Positions 26,395 through 46,478 are shown, counted from the stretch's first letter. The stretch: 64,000 nt of DNA from an uncultured Lentisphaeraceae bacterium (GCA_964636295.1 CAZWQY010000001.1:92447-156446); one strand, 5' to 3'. Notes: a model not told the origin generated them from the letters alone. Made by a program: numbers and translations.

Positions 26395-28713
26395 TTAGGG
26401 GGCTTTCTTGAGCGCGTCGGACAGCGTCTGCTTCACTTCGGGCGAGTCCGGCAGGATCTTCAACGCCCGACGCGCGAAGTCCTCCGCCTCCTTGTAACGC
26501 CGAAGCTTGCGGCAGATGATCGAAAGGTTGTTCAGGGTGGCCGGCTCGTTGGGGCGCGCCTTGAGGCAGCGGCGCAGATAACGCTCGGCGTCCGCATAGC
26601 GGTTCATCGTCAGCGCGCTCATCCCCATCGCGAAGTTGGCCTCGGCGTCATCCTCGTTCGCGCGCAGGACGGCGGCCGCATAGCGACGCGCGTCCGCGAA
26701 GTTCGCGCGACGGAGCGCAATCTGGAGGCCCTCGCGCGGCGTCATCTGCAGGAACGTGCGCTGACGCTCCTGCTCAATGACCGAAATCATCTTCTTGAGG
26801 GCCGTGTTCGAGGCATCGAGGTCGTTGGCGAGAGCCGCGTCCTCGCGGATGCGCGCAAAGCGCGAGAGCCGCCACGAGACGGCCGAAAAGGCCGAAGACA
26901 GCGCAGGCGACGGGTCGGCCGTCTCCATCTTCGGCGCAATCGCGAGAATGCGCGAGGAGAGCGCCTTCGCGCGTGCGACGCCGGCGGCAGCCGTTTCCGC
27001 GGCCAGCCCCTTCTCGCGCGCAACCAGTCCCGACAGCGTCGGCAACGGCTTGCGGTCACGCCGCCAGAACTCGAAGCCGAGCTGGATGGCCGCCGCGTCC
27101 ATCCCGCCGACCTTCTCGCCCGCCCAGACGCGCAGGAGCACCGGGACGCCCATCTGCGCGTTCTTCCAGTCGTCCGTCTCCGGATCGAAGGGGCGCGTGC
27201 GCACCGTGCATTCCCACGCGCTCGCGCCGGACATCATGCTGAGCGTGTAGAGCGTCTGACCCCGCTCTTTCGCGCACAGCTCGACGGCGGCATCCAAATG
27301 TCCGTCGGTGAAAAGGTACGTCACGCCATCGCATTCGGCGACCGTCTCCCGCACGGCCTCGTCGACGATCCGCTGCATCTCGGACTCGACCGGCTTCGGC
27401 ACCGTCCGGCACGCGAGCACGGCGACGAAGGCCGTCAGGGTCGGCACAAGCCCGCGCAGGAGAATCCCCGGACGCGGCTCGCCCTCGCCCAGATACGTGC
27501 GCTGGCACTCGAAGGCGAATGCCGCGCCAAAGAGCGCAAAGGCGACCATGGCGCAAAACGCAAAGAACGCGAGAAGGAAGCCGCTCTGCACGAGGACGAT
27601 GTCCTTCGTGAACGTCCAGAACCGCGCGGCCGGCAGCATCCCGCACTGCATCACGGCCAGCGCGCCGACGAGGAAGAGGAGAACGCCGAGGCTGAACGGC
27701 ATCGGCTGGTCATCGCGCGCGACCATCGGGAAGACCTTCAGCGTCACGAGAAGCGGCAACACGCCGAACGCAAGGCCCAGCACCCAGCCGACGACGCTCG
27801 CCGCGCCCGCGAAGACGCGCCAATAGCCGCCCACATAGCGGAAGTAGACGTCATGCGCGCCCCAGCCATTCGCCTCGACGCCGCCCAACGAAACGAACTC
27901 GGCCGCATTCAGGTACGCGCCAAGCGCCAGCGAGCCAAGGAAGAGGAAGAACATGCGCCACTTCGGGAGCTCGTCCGGTTCCGGCAACTTTTCGGGCTTC
28001 ACGTAGAGTCCGTCAAGAACGCCATGCCAGACAAGGACATAGGCACCAATGAAGAAGGCGGGCAGGAGAAACGCAAACGGCGTCTCGGCCGCGAGAAGGC
28101 CCATGAGCGCGACGAGCGGGAAAAGCCGCCACTGTCCGCCGACCAGGAGCCAGCGCAACGCGAGGTGGAGAATGGCCAACACCACGGTCAGGCGCAGGAG
28201 CGACGGCGAGAAGACACGCGCAATGCGCGAGAGCGGATCACTGATGCCGAAGAGAAACGCCGCGACGAACGCGAAGAACGGCGCGATGCGTCCGCTCCAG
28301 ACGGGATACGACCGCCCCGTGCGGATGAGAAGCGCGAACGCCTGACGAATGATCAGGTAGACGAACGCGGCCGACGCGCCGCCCAGCGCGGCGCCGACGC
28401 CCGTCAGAAGACGGATGGCGCCGCCCACGCCAAAAGCCGAGAACGCCCGCCCCGAGAAAATCCGCCAGAAGCCGGGGAAGATCGTCTGTGGCGGACGAAC
28501 GCCCGCCGCAACGGCCACCTCGTTCCACATCGCGGGATCAAGTCCGGGGATGCCCCAGACGAAAATCGCCGCCGCCGCAAGAAGACCCGCAAGCCCCGCC
28601 AGGACGACGTCCTTCACGCCCAGCCCCCAAACGTCGTTCGGCGCACTGGCCGTCAGCCGCTCCTCCATCGGTTCACTCGCCATCTTCTTCTCCTGTCTCA
28701 GCATCAAGGTCAT
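26395..28713 (-). CDS. large polytopic membrane protein with C-terminal TPR repeats (PMT/DUF2723-like glycosyltransferase-fold candidate)
   Basis: 772 aa. At least 10 predicted TM helices are followed by TPR repeats (ANFAMGMSALTMNRYADAERYLRRCLKARPNEPATLNNL...). Confidence 0.6.
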   Translation of the reverse strand: MTLMLRQEKKMASEPMEERLTASAPNDVWGLGVKDVVLAGLAGLLAAAAIFVWGIPGLDPAMWNEVAVAAGVRPPQTIFPGFWRIFSGRAFSAFGVGGAIRLLTGVGAALGGASAAFVYLIIRQAFALLIRTGRSYPVWSGRIAPFFAFVAAFLFGISDPLSRIARVFSPSLLRLTVVLAILHLALRWLLVGGQWRLFPLVALMGLLAAETPFAFLLPAFFIGAYVLVWHGVLDGLYVKPEKLPEPDELPKWRMFFLFLGSLALGAYLNAAEFVSLGGVEANGWGAHDVYFRYVGGYWRVFAGAASVVGWVLGLAFGVLPLLVTLKVFPMVARDDQPMPFSLGVLLFLVGALAVMQCGMLPAARFWTFTKDIVLVQSGFLLAFFAFCAMVAFALFGAAFAFECQRTYLGEGEPRPGILLRGLVPTLTAFVAVLACRTVPKPVESEMQRIVDEAVRETVAECDGVTYLFTDGHLDAAVELCAKERGQTLYTLSMMSGASAWECTVRTRPFDPETDDWKNAQMGVPVLLRVWAGEKVGGMDAAAIQLGFEFWRRDRKPLPTLSGLVAREKGLAAETAAAGVARAKALSSRILAIAPKMETADPSPALSSAFSAVSWRLSRFARIREDAALANDLDASNTALKKMISVIEQERQRTFLQMTPREGLQIALRRANFADARRYAAAVLRANEDDAEANFAMGMSALTMNRYADAERYLRRCLKARPNEPATLNNLSIICRKLRRYKEAEDFARRALKILPDSPEVKQTLSDALKKAP

Positions 28714-28724
28714 TCACGGTCGCG

Positions 28725-29915
28725 TCAGAGGATATGGCCCATCTTCTCGCGCTTCGTGTCAAGGTAGCGGCGGTCGTAGGCATTCGCCGGAATGACGATC
28801 GGCACGCGCTCGACGATCTCCAGCCCATAGCCTTCCAGCCCCGCAATCTTGCACGGGTTGTTCGTCAGCAGCCGCAGCTGGCGAATGCCGAGATCGACGA
28901 GCATCTGCGCGCCCTCGCCGTAGTCCCGGAGGTCGGGCGGAAAGCCGAGCGCGACGTTCGCCTCAACCGTGTCCATCCCCTCCTCCTGCTTCTTGTAGGC
29001 GTGCAGTTTGTTCGCCAGCCCGATGCCGCGCCCTTCCTGCCGCATGTAGAGGACGGCGCCACGCCCTTCTCGCTCGATCATCTCCATCGCCGTGTGCAGC
29101 TGCGGGCCGCAGTCGCAGCGCTCGGAGCCGAGAACGTCGCCCGTGAAGCACTCCGAATGGACGCGCACCAGCACGGGCTTCCCATCCGCGACGTCGCCCT
29201 TCACGAGCGCGAGGTGCTCAAGGCCGGAAATGCGGCTCCGATACATCGTCAGGCGAAAATGCCCGTGGTCGGTCGGCAAGTCCACGTCCTCGACGCGCTC
29301 GACGAGCCGGTCGTTCCGGCGACGGTAGGCGATGAGGTCGGCGATCGTCGTCATCTTGAGTCCATGGGCGGACGCAAACGCCCGCACGTCCGCCAGGCGC
29401 GCCATCGTCCCGTCGTCCTTCATGATCTCGCAGCAAAGCCCGGCCTCCTTAAGGCCCGCGAGACGACAGAGATCGACCGTCGCCTCGGTGTGCCCAGCGC
29501 GACGGAGAACGCCGCCCGCCCGCGCCTCAAGCGGAAACATGTGGCCCGGACGACGAAAGCCGTCCGGCGTTGCATCCGCGCGCACGCACTTCAGGGCCGT
29601 CAGCGAGCGCTCGGCCGCCGAAATGCCCGTCGTCGTCTCGGTCGCGTCAATGGAGACCGTGAAGGCCGTGTGGTGGTTGTCGGTGTTGTTCGCCACCATC
29701 TGCGGCAGGTCAAGCCGCCGACAGAAGTCCGCACTCATCGGCATGCAGATGAGTCCCTTGGCGTAGGTCGCCATGAAGTTGACGTTCGCCGTCGTCGCAA
29801 ACTCCGCCGCGCAAATGCAGTCGCCCTCGTTCTCGCGGTCGGCGTCGTCCGTGACGACGACGATCTCGCCGCGCCGCAGGGCCGCCAGACAATCCTCAAC
29901 CGAATCGAATTCCAT
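28725..29915 (-). CDS. ribBA: bifunctional 3,4-dihydroxy-2-butanone-4-phosphate synthase / GTP cyclohydrolase II
   Basis: RENEGDCICAAEFAT (RibB) plus the C-terminal GTP cyclohydrolase II region (CDCGPQL...). Confidence 0.9.
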   Translation of the reverse strand: MEFDSVEDCLAALRRGEIVVVTDDADRENEGDCICAAEFATTANVNFMATYAKGLICMPMSADFCRRLDLPQMVANNTDNHHTAFTVSIDATETTTGISAAERSLTALKCVRADATPDGFRRPGHMFPLEARAGGVLRRAGHTEATVDLCRLAGLKEAGLCCEIMKDDGTMARLADVRAFASAHGLKMTTIADLIAYRRRNDRLVERVEDVDLPTDHGHFRLTMYRSRISGLEHLALVKGDVADGKPVLVRVHSECFTGDVLGSERCDCGPQLHTAMEMIEREGRGAVLYMRQEGRGIGLANKLHAYKKQEEGMDTVEANVALGFPPDLRDYGEGAQMLVDLGIRQLRLLTNNPCKIAGLEGYGLEIVERVPIVIPANAYDRRYLDTKREKMGHIL

Positions 29916-29931
29916 GTCTCTTCTCTCTCCC

Positions 29932-32382
29932 TCAGAACTTCAGCGACTGGCCGTCCTTCGCAAGCTTCGCCCGCATTCGGGGCTTCGCCTTGCCGGCGAG
30001 CACGAGGTCGGCGAGCGGATCCTCGACGTAGTCCTGCACGACGCGGCGGAGCGGCCGCGCGCCCAGCGCGCTGTCGTAGCCCTTCTCGACGAGGAAGTCC
30101 GTCGCGGACTTGTCGAGCGAGAGCGCGATGTGCGCGTTCGCGAGCCGCGCCTGAAGCCGCGCAATCTCCAAGTCGAGAATCGCGGCCATGTCGGCCTTCT
30201 CAAGCTTCTTGAAGACGACCGTCTCGTCAAAGCGGTTCAGAAGCTCGGGACGGAACGCGCGCTTCGCCTCGCCCAGGAGCTTTTCGCGAAGGACGTCGTA
30301 ATTCGTCTCCGCCGTGTCGCGGGCGAAGCCAAGCGAATGGCCCTCGCGCGCGAAGTCGAAGCCGAGGTTCGCCGTGCAGATGACGATCGTGTTGCGGAAG
30401 TCGATGATGCGCCCCTGCCCGTCCGTGAGCCGCCCCTCGTCGAGGATCTGGAGCAGCATGTTGCAGACGTCGCCGTTCGCCTTCTCGAACTCGTCGAAGA
30501 GGACGACCGAATACGGCCGCCGCCGCACCTTCTCGGTCAGCTGCCCGCCCTCGTCATAGCCGACGTAGCCGGGCGGCGCGCCGACGAGACGCGACGACGA
30601 ATACTTCTCCTGGAACTCCGACATGTCGAGCGTGATGAGCGCCTTGTCGTCGCCGTAGACCTTCTCGGCCAGCATCTTCGCGAGGTGCGTCTTGCCGACG
30701 CCCGTCGGGCCAAGGAAGAGGAACGAGCCGATCGGACGCTTCGGGTCGGCCATCAGCGCCCGCGAACGCCGAAGCGCGCGCGCAATCGCCCGGACGGCGG
30801 GCGCCTGCCCGACCACGACCGAACCAAGCGTCTTCTCCATCGCGAGCAGCTTTTCCGCCGTCGTCGCGTTCATCTTCTCGACCGGCACGCCGCTCATCGA
30901 CGAGACCGTCTCGGCGATGTCGTTCTCCGTCACCGCGATCGTCTCCTCGGCGTGCGTCTCGCGCCAGGCCTTGAGTGCCTCCTGGAACGCGGCGGACGCG
31001 ACGCGAATCTCCTCGCGGTACTGCGCGGCCGCGTCAAAGTCGCCCTGCGCAACGACGGCGTCCTTCTTGCCGCGCAGGACGTCGATCTTTTCCTGCATCT
31101 CCGTGAGACGCTTCGGACGCGCGCTCGCCGCCGCGCGGAGACGCGCGCCCGTCTCGTCCATCGCGTCGATCGCCTTGTCGGGCAACTGCCGCGCCGGCAG
31201 GTAGCGCGCCGTCAGCTCGACCGCCGCGCGCAACGCCTCCGGCGCAAACGTCACGGCATGGTAGTCTTCGTATTTCGGCGCAATGCCCTTCAGGATCTCG
31301 ACCGTGTCCGCGACGGACGGCTCGTCCACCGTGACGGACTGGAAACGCCGTTCCAGCGCGGCGTCCTTCTCGATTGACTTGTGGTACTCCTTCAGCGTCG
31401 TCGCGCCGACGCATTGGAGCTCGCCGCGCGCCAGGGCGGGCTTGAGGATGTTCGCCGCGTCCATCGAGCCTTCCGCCCCGCCCGCGCCGACCATCGTGTG
31501 GATCTCGTCCAGGAAAAGGATGATGTTCCCCGCGCGCTTCGTCTCGTCGATCACCTTCTTCAGGCGTTCCTCGAACTGTCCGCGATACTGCGTGCCCGCG
31601 ACAAGCCGCGCCATGTCGAGCGCGACGACGCGCTTCGCCTGCAGACGCTCGGGAACCTCGCCCCGGTGGATCGCCTGCGCGAGGCCTTCGACGACGGCCG
31701 TCTTGCCGACGCCCGCCTCGCCGATGAGGACGGCGTTGTTCTTCGTGCGGCGCGAGAGAATCTGGACAATGCGCCGAAGCTCCTTCGCGCGCCCGATCAC
31801 CGGGTCGAGCTGGCCCTGCCGCGCCAAGTCCGTCAGGTCGCGCCCGAAGGCGTTCACCGTCGGCGTCTTCTGCGCCTTGCCGTTCGCGCCCTCCTGCCGC
31901 GCCGCCCCGGTCTCGTCCTCGCCGTCGCCCTCGGCGGACGCATCCGCCGCAGACGCGCCGCCCTGCGTCCCCGCCGCAAGGAACTTGTCAACCGTCACGC
32001 CCGCGTTGAAGAGAAGCTGCGCCGCCGCGTTCTCGCCTTCGCGCAGCATCGCGAGGACGAGGTGCGCCGTGCCGACGGCGTTGCCCGGACCCGCTTCAAT
32101 GGCGGACATCCCCAGAATCTTCTTCGTCCGCGCCGTGAGCGGCAGCGGCCCGCGCTGGAGGACGCCCGCGTCGCCGCCCGAAAGGACAGCCTTCATCGAG
32201 GCCGTCAGGTCGTCGAGTGACAGCCCCAGCGAGACGAGACGCCGCGCCGCGCTGCACGCGGAAATCGCGAGGACGGACAGGAAGATGTGCTCGGCGCCGA
32301 CATGGTCGTGCCCGAGCTGGCGGGCGCAGCTCGACGCGGCGTTCAGCGCATCGACGGCATGCTTGGTCAGATTCAGGTTCAC
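29932..32382 (-). CDS. clpC: ATP-dependent Clp protease ATP-binding subunit ClpC/ClpA family
   Basis: Two Clp_N repeats and two AAA+ modules ([16 protein letters not shown]). 816 aa. Confidence 0.9.
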   Translation of the reverse strand: MNLNLTKHAVDALNAASSCARQLGHDHVGAEHIFLSVLAISACSAARRLVSLGLSLDDLTASMKAVLSGGDAGVLQRGPLPLTARTKKILGMSAIEAGPGNAVGTAHLVLAMLREGENAAAQLLFNAGVTVDKFLAAGTQGGASAADASAEGDGEDETGAARQEGANGKAQKTPTVNAFGRDLTDLARQGQLDPVIGRAKELRRIVQILSRRTKNNAVLIGEAGVGKTAVVEGLAQAIHRGEVPERLQAKRVVALDMARLVAGTQYRGQFEERLKKVIDETKRAGNIILFLDEIHTMVGAGGAEGSMDAANILKPALARGELQCVGATTLKEYHKSIEKDAALERRFQSVTVDEPSVADTVEILKGIAPKYEDYHAVTFAPEALRAAVELTARYLPARQLPDKAIDAMDETGARLRAAASARPKRLTEMQEKIDVLRGKKDAVVAQGDFDAAAQYREEIRVASAAFQEALKAWRETHAEETIAVTENDIAETVSSMSGVPVEKMNATTAEKLLAMEKTLGSVVVGQAPAVRAIARALRRSRALMADPKRPIGSFLFLGPTGVGKTHLAKMLAEKVYGDDKALITLDMSEFQEKYSSSRLVGAPPGYVGYDEGGQLTEKVRRRPYSVVLFDEFEKANGDVCNMLLQILDEGRLTDGQGRIIDFRNTIVICTANLGFDFAREGHSLGFARDTAETNYDVLREKLLGEAKRAFRPELLNRFDETVVFKKLEKADMAAILDLEIARLQARLANAHIALSLDKSATDFLVEKGYDSALGARPLRRVVQDYVEDPLADLVLAGKAKPRMRAKLAKDGQSLKF

Positions 32383-33287
32383 AGAAACTTCTCCTCGGCG
32401 CGTTCGTTCAGCACCACGTCCTCGAAACGGCGGTTCATCTCGTCCGCCCGCTCGGCGTCCGCCCGGTCGCGGTCTTCCTGCTCAAGCTTGTCCTCCGCGC
32501 CCGAAAGGTCACAGGCGAGCAGCAACTTCTCGATCTCCCTCTGCGTAATGCCGTCGAGCATCTTCTCCATCGCCGCAAGCCGCAGGGGCGAGAGCAGGTC
32601 GAAGAGCTCGCCCGGCGAGAGGAGACGGCTGTTCTTCAGAATCGCGAGCGCGCGGCAAAGCGAGTCGCCGAAGACGCGCGTGAGCTCCTCGAAGAGCCGG
32701 ACGCGCGCATTGCGCTCCTCGCGCAGGATGTCCTCGACGACGCGCCGCGCACGCGCGGACGAACCCGCATAGCGAATGCCGTAGACATGGCCCGACTCGC
32801 GCACGCCGTCCGCATCCACGCCGACAAGCTCCATGTCAAGCGCGTGCAAGGCGCGCTTGACGGCCTCCAGCTCGCCGATGAGGTGAAGCCCCTCCAGATG
32901 CAACTGGTCGCGCAGACGGAACGGCGACTCGACGCGGGCAAGGGGAAACGTCTGGCGCTTCGCGGCAGGCGCGGACTTCTCGCCCTTCCCGCCCGCGCCG
33001 TCCGATGCCTTTTCCGGACCGTCCACCATGCCGCTCATCGCGTCCATGATCGCCTTGATGAACGGCGGCGGCTCGTCGCCGTCCTCGATCGGGCCAATCC
33101 GCGTAATGGACATCGACACGCCCGGCGGCAACCCCGTCACCTTACGGGTCCGCTGGCTCTTCTTCTGGCGACGCTGACGCTCCGCCTTGGCGCAGGCCGT
33201 GCAGACGTAGAGTTCTTCCGCCGTCTCGCCCTCGCCGCGGAGAATCGCCGTCTCGGCGTCTGCCTGATGGCAAATCTCGCATTTCAT
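32379..33287 (-). CDS. McsA-like zinc-finger (UvrB/UvrC-motif) protein upstream of clpC; start at MKCEICHQ
   Basis: CEICHQ...YVCTACAK paired CxxC motifs. Located directly 5' of clpC, as in ctsR-mcsA-mcsB-clpC clusters. Only 10 nt separate the -10 TATAAT from the ATG. Confidence 0.5.
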   Translation of the reverse strand: MKCEICHQADAETAILRGEGETAEELYVCTACAKAERQRRQKKSQRTRKVTGLPPGVSMSITRIGPIEDGDEPPPFIKAIMDAMSGMVDGPEKASDGAGGKGEKSAPAAKRQTFPLARVESPFRLRDQLHLEGLHLIGELEAVKRALHALDMELVGVDADGVRESGHVYGIRYAGSSARARRVVEDILREERNARVRLFEELTRVFGDSLCRALAILKNSRLLSPGELFDLLSPLRLAAMEKMLDGITQREIEKLLLACDLSGAEDKLEQEDRDRADAERADEMNRRFEDVVLNERAEEKFL

Positions 33288-33297
33288 GTGACCGCAT

Positions 33298-33306
33298 ATT
33301 ATATCA
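33298..33306 (-). promoter_or_regulatory. -10 element (gaTATAAT) driving the near-leaderless McsA-like/clpC transcript
   Basis: Minus-strand read: gatTATAATatgcggtcacATGaaatgc. Confidence 0.4.
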
Positions 33307-33356
33307 TACCCCGTCCAAACACGCAGACAGCCTTTCGCCGCGTGCGCGGGCGAAAC

Positions 33357-33390
33357 GACGCGGGGCACGGCTTCTGCCGCGCCCCGCGTT
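33357..33390 (-). terminator. rpoC terminator candidate hairpin
   Basis: GCGGGGC-14 nt-GCCCCGC stem, extendable to ~10 bp, ~35 nt after the rpoC stop and followed on the minus strand by TCGTTTCG. Confidence 0.35.
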
Positions 33391-33423
33391 CCGTCCGCTG
33401 TCGGACAGGCCTTTCGGCCGTCG

Positions 33424-37800
<4,377 letters not shown>

Positions 37801-37845
37801 TTGAAATTCGGTTATTCGACCATTCGGTTATTCGACCAACGCCCC

Positions 37846-41763
<3,918 letters not shown>

Positions 41764-41900
41764 TTGATTGGCTTACCTTATTTTGCTGTTAAAACACGAA
41801 ATCACGCAATTCCCGCGACTTAAGGCGCCTGAAGTGTGGTAAGCGGCCACTTTGTTAACTGTACGCCCCTAAAAGGGAATTTTGCGTAGTATATCATAAT

Positions 41901-41941
41901 CACCCGCCCGAACGCAACTGCGGCCAGTGCGCGGGCGGGTG
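41901..41941 (-). terminator. tex terminator candidate (long imperfect hairpin) preceding the rpoB promoter region
   Basis: CACCCGCCCG...CGGGCGGGTG 10-bp stem, 22 nt after the tex stop. On the minus strand it is followed by an A/T-rich stretch containing a TATACT -10-like motif. Confidence 0.4.
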
Positions 41942-41962
41942 AACGGGCGGCAAACGCCGCGC

Positions 41963-44287
41963 CTAGAGTCCGGCGAAGGGATTGCAGCTGAAGCCGGACG
42001 CGCCGGCCGGCGCGAAGGACGAGCGCGGCGCGTTCCGCCGCGAACCGCCGGCACTTCCGCCGCCGGACGCGCCACCCGCGCCGCCGCCGACCGTCGGACG
42101 CGTCTTCGCCGAAAGCGAGATGCGCCCGCGCGCACGGTCGACTCCAATCACCGTGACGGACAGACGGTCGCCCGCCTTCACGACGCTCGCCGGATCCGAG
42201 ACATAGCTGTCGGACAGTTCCGAGAGGTGGACGAGCCCGTCCTGGTGGACGCCAATGTCAACGAACGCGCCGAAGGCCGTCACGTTCGTGACGATGCCCT
42301 CAAGCTTCATGCCCTCCCGCACGTCCTCGATCTTCGTGACGTCTTCGCGGAACTTCGGCGGCTCGAACGTCTGGCGCGGATCGCGCCCCGGCTTGACGAG
42401 CTCGGCGACGATGTCCTTCAGCGTCGGCTCGCCGACGTCGTTCGTGATGTACTTGCGGATGTCGATCTTCTTCGCCGCGAGCGAGTTGCCGACGAGGTCG
42501 CCGACCCCCAAGCCGACGTCCGCCGCCATGCGTTCGACAAGTGCGTAGCGTTCCGGATGCACGGCCGACGCATCGAGCGGATTCTGCGCGCCGCGAATGC
42601 GGAGGAAGCCCGCGCACTGCTCGAACGCCTTGGGCCCCAGCCCCTTCACCTTCTTGAGGTCGTCGCGCGAGGCGAAGCGGCCGTTCGCGTCACGCCACGC
42701 GACAATGGCCTTCGCAAGCGTCGCCGACAGTCCCGAAACGCGCTCCAGGAGCGGCGCGGACGCCGTGTTCAACTCGACGCCGACGCCGTTCACGCACGAG
42801 ACGACGACCTCGTCGAGCTTGGCACCGAGGAGCGTCTGCTGCACGTCGTGCTGGTACTGTCCGACGCCAATCGCCTTCGGGTCGATCTTCACGAGTTCGG
42901 CGAGCGGATCCTGCAGTCGGCGGCCAATGGAGATCGCGCCGCGCACGGTGAGGTCGAGGTCGGGGAACTCCTGGCGCGCAATCTCGCTCGCCGAATAGAC
43001 GGACGCGCCCGCCTCGGAGACGGAAACGACGATCGGCGTCGGAATCTCCGGATGCTGGGCCTTGAGGGTCTTGAGCGTCTCGCGCACGAACGCCTCGGTC
43101 TCGCGCCCCGCCGTGCCGTTGCCGACGGCGACGGCCTCGACGTGGTACTTCGCGACGATGAGCGCAATCGCCTTCGCGGCCTCCAGCTTCTTCTGCTGCG
43201 GGAAGATGACGGTCTTGCCGAGATACTTGCCCGTCGCGTCGATCATCGCGACCTTGCAGCCCGTGCGGATGCCGGGGTCGATCGCGAGAACGGCCTTGCC
43301 GCCCAGCGGCGCGGCGAGGAGCAGATGGCGCAGGTTCTCCGCGAAGACCTCCACCGCCGCACGGTCGGCCTCGGCCTTCTTCTCGACCGTGACGTCAATC
43401 TCGCAGCTCGGCGCGAGCAGCCGCTTGTAGGCGTCTTCCGCCGCCAGCCGAATCTGCTGCGCGGACGCCTCGCGCACGTCGCCGTGCGCACACGCAACAG
43501 AGCCATCCGATCCCGACGCGCCGCCCGCCAACGTCTCGCCGACGATCTCCAGCATGCGCGCGACGACCGGCTCGCGGTCAAGTTCAAGCTTCACCCACAG
43601 CACCTTCTCGGCCTGCCCGCGCCGAATCGCGAGGTAGCGGTGCGAGGGAATCGTCGCGATCGGCTCGGAAAACTCGTAGTACTGCTCGAACTTCGTCGGC
43701 TCCGTCGGCTTGGGGCTGACGACTTCGCTCGTCACGACGGACTTCGTCGCGAACGCCTGGCGCACCGCGCCGCGCACGTCGGCGATGTCGGCGATGCGCT
43801 CGGCGAGGATGTCGCGCGCGAACTGCAGATCCTCGTCCGTCGGCACGGCCGCGTCATTCCACCCGTCCGCCGCGCCGCCGTCCCACGCGCCCGTCCAGAT
43901 CGCGTCCGCCAGCGGCTCGTAGCCCTTCTCCTTCGCGACCTGCGCGCGCGTGCGGCGTTTCGGCTTGTAGGGCTGGTAGAGGTCTTCCAGCGCGCTCTTC
44001 TGCCAGCAGGCGGCAATCTTCTGGCGAAGGTCGTCCGTCAGCTTGCCCTGCTCGTCGATCGACCGCAGGATCGTGTCCTTGCGCTCCAGAAGTTCGGTGA
44101 AGTAGGCGAGGCGTTCCTGGATCTTGCCGATCTGAACCTCGTCAAGGTTGCCATGCGCCTCCTTGCGGTAGCGCGCAATGAACGGCACGGTGCTGCCTTC
44201 GCCCAAGAGCTTCACGACGGCGCCGACGGACTCGGGCCGGATCGCCAGCTCCACGGCGATCTTCGAAATGACAATCGGATTTTCCAT
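41963..44287 (-). CDS. tex: transcription accessory protein Tex (S1/YqgF/HhH)
   Basis: N-terminus ISKIAVELAIRPESVGAVVKLLGEGSTVPFIARYRKE and a C-terminal S1 domain. 774 aa. Confidence 0.9.
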   Translation of the reverse strand: MENPIVISKIAVELAIRPESVGAVVKLLGEGSTVPFIARYRKEAHGNLDEVQIGKIQERLAYFTELLERKDTILRSIDEQGKLTDDLRQKIAACWQKSALEDLYQPYKPKRRTRAQVAKEKGYEPLADAIWTGAWDGGAADGWNDAAVPTDEDLQFARDILAERIADIADVRGAVRQAFATKSVVTSEVVSPKPTEPTKFEQYYEFSEPIATIPSHRYLAIRRGQAEKVLWVKLELDREPVVARMLEIVGETLAGGASGSDGSVACAHGDVREASAQQIRLAAEDAYKRLLAPSCEIDVTVEKKAEADRAAVEVFAENLRHLLLAAPLGGKAVLAIDPGIRTGCKVAMIDATGKYLGKTVIFPQQKKLEAAKAIALIVAKYHVEAVAVGNGTAGRETEAFVRETLKTLKAQHPEIPTPIVVSVSEAGASVYSASEIARQEFPDLDLTVRGAISIGRRLQDPLAELVKIDPKAIGVGQYQHDVQQTLLGAKLDEVVVSCVNGVGVELNTASAPLLERVSGLSATLAKAIVAWRDANGRFASRDDLKKVKGLGPKAFEQCAGFLRIRGAQNPLDASAVHPERYALVERMAADVGLGVGDLVGNSLAAKKIDIRKYITNDVGEPTLKDIVAELVKPGRDPRQTFEPPKFREDVTKIEDVREGMKLEGIVTNVTAFGAFVDIGVHQDGLVHLSELSDSYVSDPASVVKAGDRLSVTVIGVDRARGRISLSAKTRPTVGGGAGGASGGGSAGGSRRNAPRSSFAPAGASGFSCNPFAGL

Positions 44288-44307
44288 CTTTACTCGCGGA
44301 TCGAAAA

Positions 44308-46380
44308 CTAGCGGCTCAAAATCTCCTCGCGCACGTTCTTCGGCGCAACCTCGAACTGGTCCGTCTCCATCGAATACGACGCACGGCCCTTGGTGAGCGA
44401 GCGGATCGCCGTCGCGTAGCCGAACATCTGCGCGAGCGGCACGCGCGCGTGGATGACCTGGAAGTCGCCGCGCATGTCCATGTCAAGGACGGCGCCGCGC
44501 CGGCTGTTGAGGTCGCCCAGGATCTCGCCCACCGACTCCGGCGGCGTCGTGATCTCCAGCTTCATGATCGGCTCCAGGAACTCCGGCGCGGCCGCCTCCG
44601 CCGCCTCGCGGAAGCCCATCATCGCCGCCGAACGGAACGCGACCTCGTCCGAGACCTCCGGATCGACGAGCGTCGCCGAGAGGCACGTCACCGCGAGATC
44701 CGTCATCGGATAGCGCGCCAGGACGCCCGTCGCGACGCCGTCCGAAAGGCCCTGGCGGACGCACTCCTGCAGATGCTTGTCGGGGACGAGGTTCACGAAG
44801 TCGCGCGCAAGGTCGACCTTCACGCCCTGCCCGCGTTCAAGCGGACGGATCTCGATCTTCAGCCCGACCGCGTGACGCTTGCCGCCAAGCTCGCGGTCGA
44901 ACGTGAAGTCCCTGAGCGCCGGCTGCGTGACCGTCTCGCAGTAGCTGACCATCGGCTTGCCGACGTTCGCCGCGCACTTGAACTCGCGCTTGAGACGATC
45001 GACGAGAATCTCAAGGTGAAGTTCGCCCATGCCGGAGAGAATCGTCTGCCCCGTCTCCTCGTCCTCGCGGAACTGGCACGTCGGGTCTTCGGCCGCGAGG
45101 GCCTGCATCGAGGCGACGAGCTTGTCCTTGTCGGCGCTCGACTTCGGCTCGATCGCGAGGAACATGACGGGCTGCGGCGCGGTGATGCGCTCCAGATAGC
45201 ACGGCTTCATCTCCGCGCAGAGCGTGTCGCCCGTCGTCACCTCCTTGAGCCCGACGACGGCGCCGATGTCGCCCGCGTGAAGTTCCTCGACCTCGATCTG
45301 GTCGTCGGCGAAGAGCCGCACGATCTTCATGATGCGCTCGCGCTTCTTCGTGCGCGGGTTGTAGGCGTTCGCCCCCTTCTTGAGGACGCCGCCGTAGACG
45401 CGCACGAAAAAGAGCTTGCCGACATAGGGGTCGGTCGCGATCTTGAAGACAAGCGACGTGAGCAGTTCCGAATCGTCCTGCCGACGCGACACGCACGCGC
45501 CGCTCTTGAGGTCGGTCGCCGACACGGGTGGACGGTCGTTCGGCGACGGCAGGAAGTCGCAGACCGCGTCCAGGAGCGGCTGGACGCCCTTGTCGCGCAG
45601 AGACGTGCCGCAGAGGACCGGCACGAAGCGTCCGGCGACGACGAGCCGGCGGATCGCGGGCACGAGCTCCGCCTCCGTGAGGTCGCCCTTCTCGAGAAAC
45701 GCCTCCATGACGCCCTCGTCCAGGTCGGCGACCTTCTCGACCAGTTCGGCGCGCGCGAGTTCCGCGTCGTCCTTCAGTTCGGCCGGCACGTCGCCGACCG
45801 TGAACGTCTTGCCCTCGGTCGCCTCGTCGTAGACGATGCCCTTCATCCGAATCAGGTCGATGACGCCCTTGAAGCCGTCCTCGCGGCCAATCGGCAGCTC
45901 GACCGGACAGGCTGGCGCCTTCAGCTTCGTGCGCAGTTCCGCGACGACGCGCAGAAAGTCCGCCCCCATGCGATCCATCTTGTTCACGAACGCAAGGCGC
46001 GGCACGCCGTAGCGGTCGGCCTGGCGCCAGACCGTCTCGCTCTGCGGCTGGACGCCGCCGACCGCGCAGAAGACGCACACCGCGCCGTCGAGGACGCGCA
46101 GGGAACGCTCGACCTCCATGGTGAAGTCAACGTGTCCGGGCGTGTCGATGATGTTGATCGCGCAGCCCTTCCACGCGCAGGAGATCGCGGCGGACTGGAT
46201 CGTGATGCCGCGCTCCTTCTCCTGGATCATGAAGTCCGTCGTCGTGTTGCCGTCGTGGACGTCGCCGTGCTTGTGGATCTTGCCCGTGTAGAAGAGGATG
46301 CGCTCGGTCGTCGTCGTCTTGCCCGCGTCAATGTGGGCGACAATGCCGATGTTGCGAATGGTCGAGAGGTCTGCGCTCAT
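44308..46380 (-). CDS. fusA: elongation factor G (located outside an rpsL-rpsG-fusA-tuf context; possible EF-G paralog)
   Basis: [26 protein letters not shown] and NKMD GTPase motifs. 690 aa. Confidence 0.9.
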   Translation of the reverse strand: MSADLSTIRNIGIVAHIDAGKTTTTERILFYTGKIHKHGDVHDGNTTTDFMIQEKERGITIQSAAISCAWKGCAINIIDTPGHVDFTMEVERSLRVLDGAVCVFCAVGGVQPQSETVWRQADRYGVPRLAFVNKMDRMGADFLRVVAELRTKLKAPACPVELPIGREDGFKGVIDLIRMKGIVYDEATEGKTFTVGDVPAELKDDAELARAELVEKVADLDEGVMEAFLEKGDLTEAELVPAIRRLVVAGRFVPVLCGTSLRDKGVQPLLDAVCDFLPSPNDRPPVSATDLKSGACVSRRQDDSELLTSLVFKIATDPYVGKLFFVRVYGGVLKKGANAYNPRTKKRERIMKIVRLFADDQIEVEELHAGDIGAVVGLKEVTTGDTLCAEMKPCYLERITAPQPVMFLAIEPKSSADKDKLVASMQALAAEDPTCQFREDEETGQTILSGMGELHLEILVDRLKREFKCAANVGKPMVSYCETVTQPALRDFTFDRELGGKRHAVGLKIEIRPLERGQGVKVDLARDFVNLVPDKHLQECVRQGLSDGVATGVLARYPMTDLAVTCLSATLVDPEVSDEVAFRSAAMMGFREAAEAAAPEFLEPIMKLEITTPPESVGEILGDLNSRRGAVLDMDMRGDFQVIHARVPLAQMFGYATAIRSLTKGRASYSMETDQFEVAPKNVREEILSR

Positions 46381-46412
46381 GTGTACGTGTCAAAAGAAGT
46401 TGAATGGGCGGT

Positions 46413-46421
46413 ATTATACCA
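46413..46421 (-). promoter_or_regulatory. extended -10 (TGgTATAAT) for fusA
   Basis: Minus-strand read: ttTGgTATAATaccgccc, then ~32 nt to the ATG with no obvious Shine-Dalgarno sequence. Confidence 0.45.
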
Positions 46422-46478
46422 AAATCCCCCGTTCGTGAAGCCGCCGGCGCGGACGAAATCCCCCGCGTCGGCAAAGCG

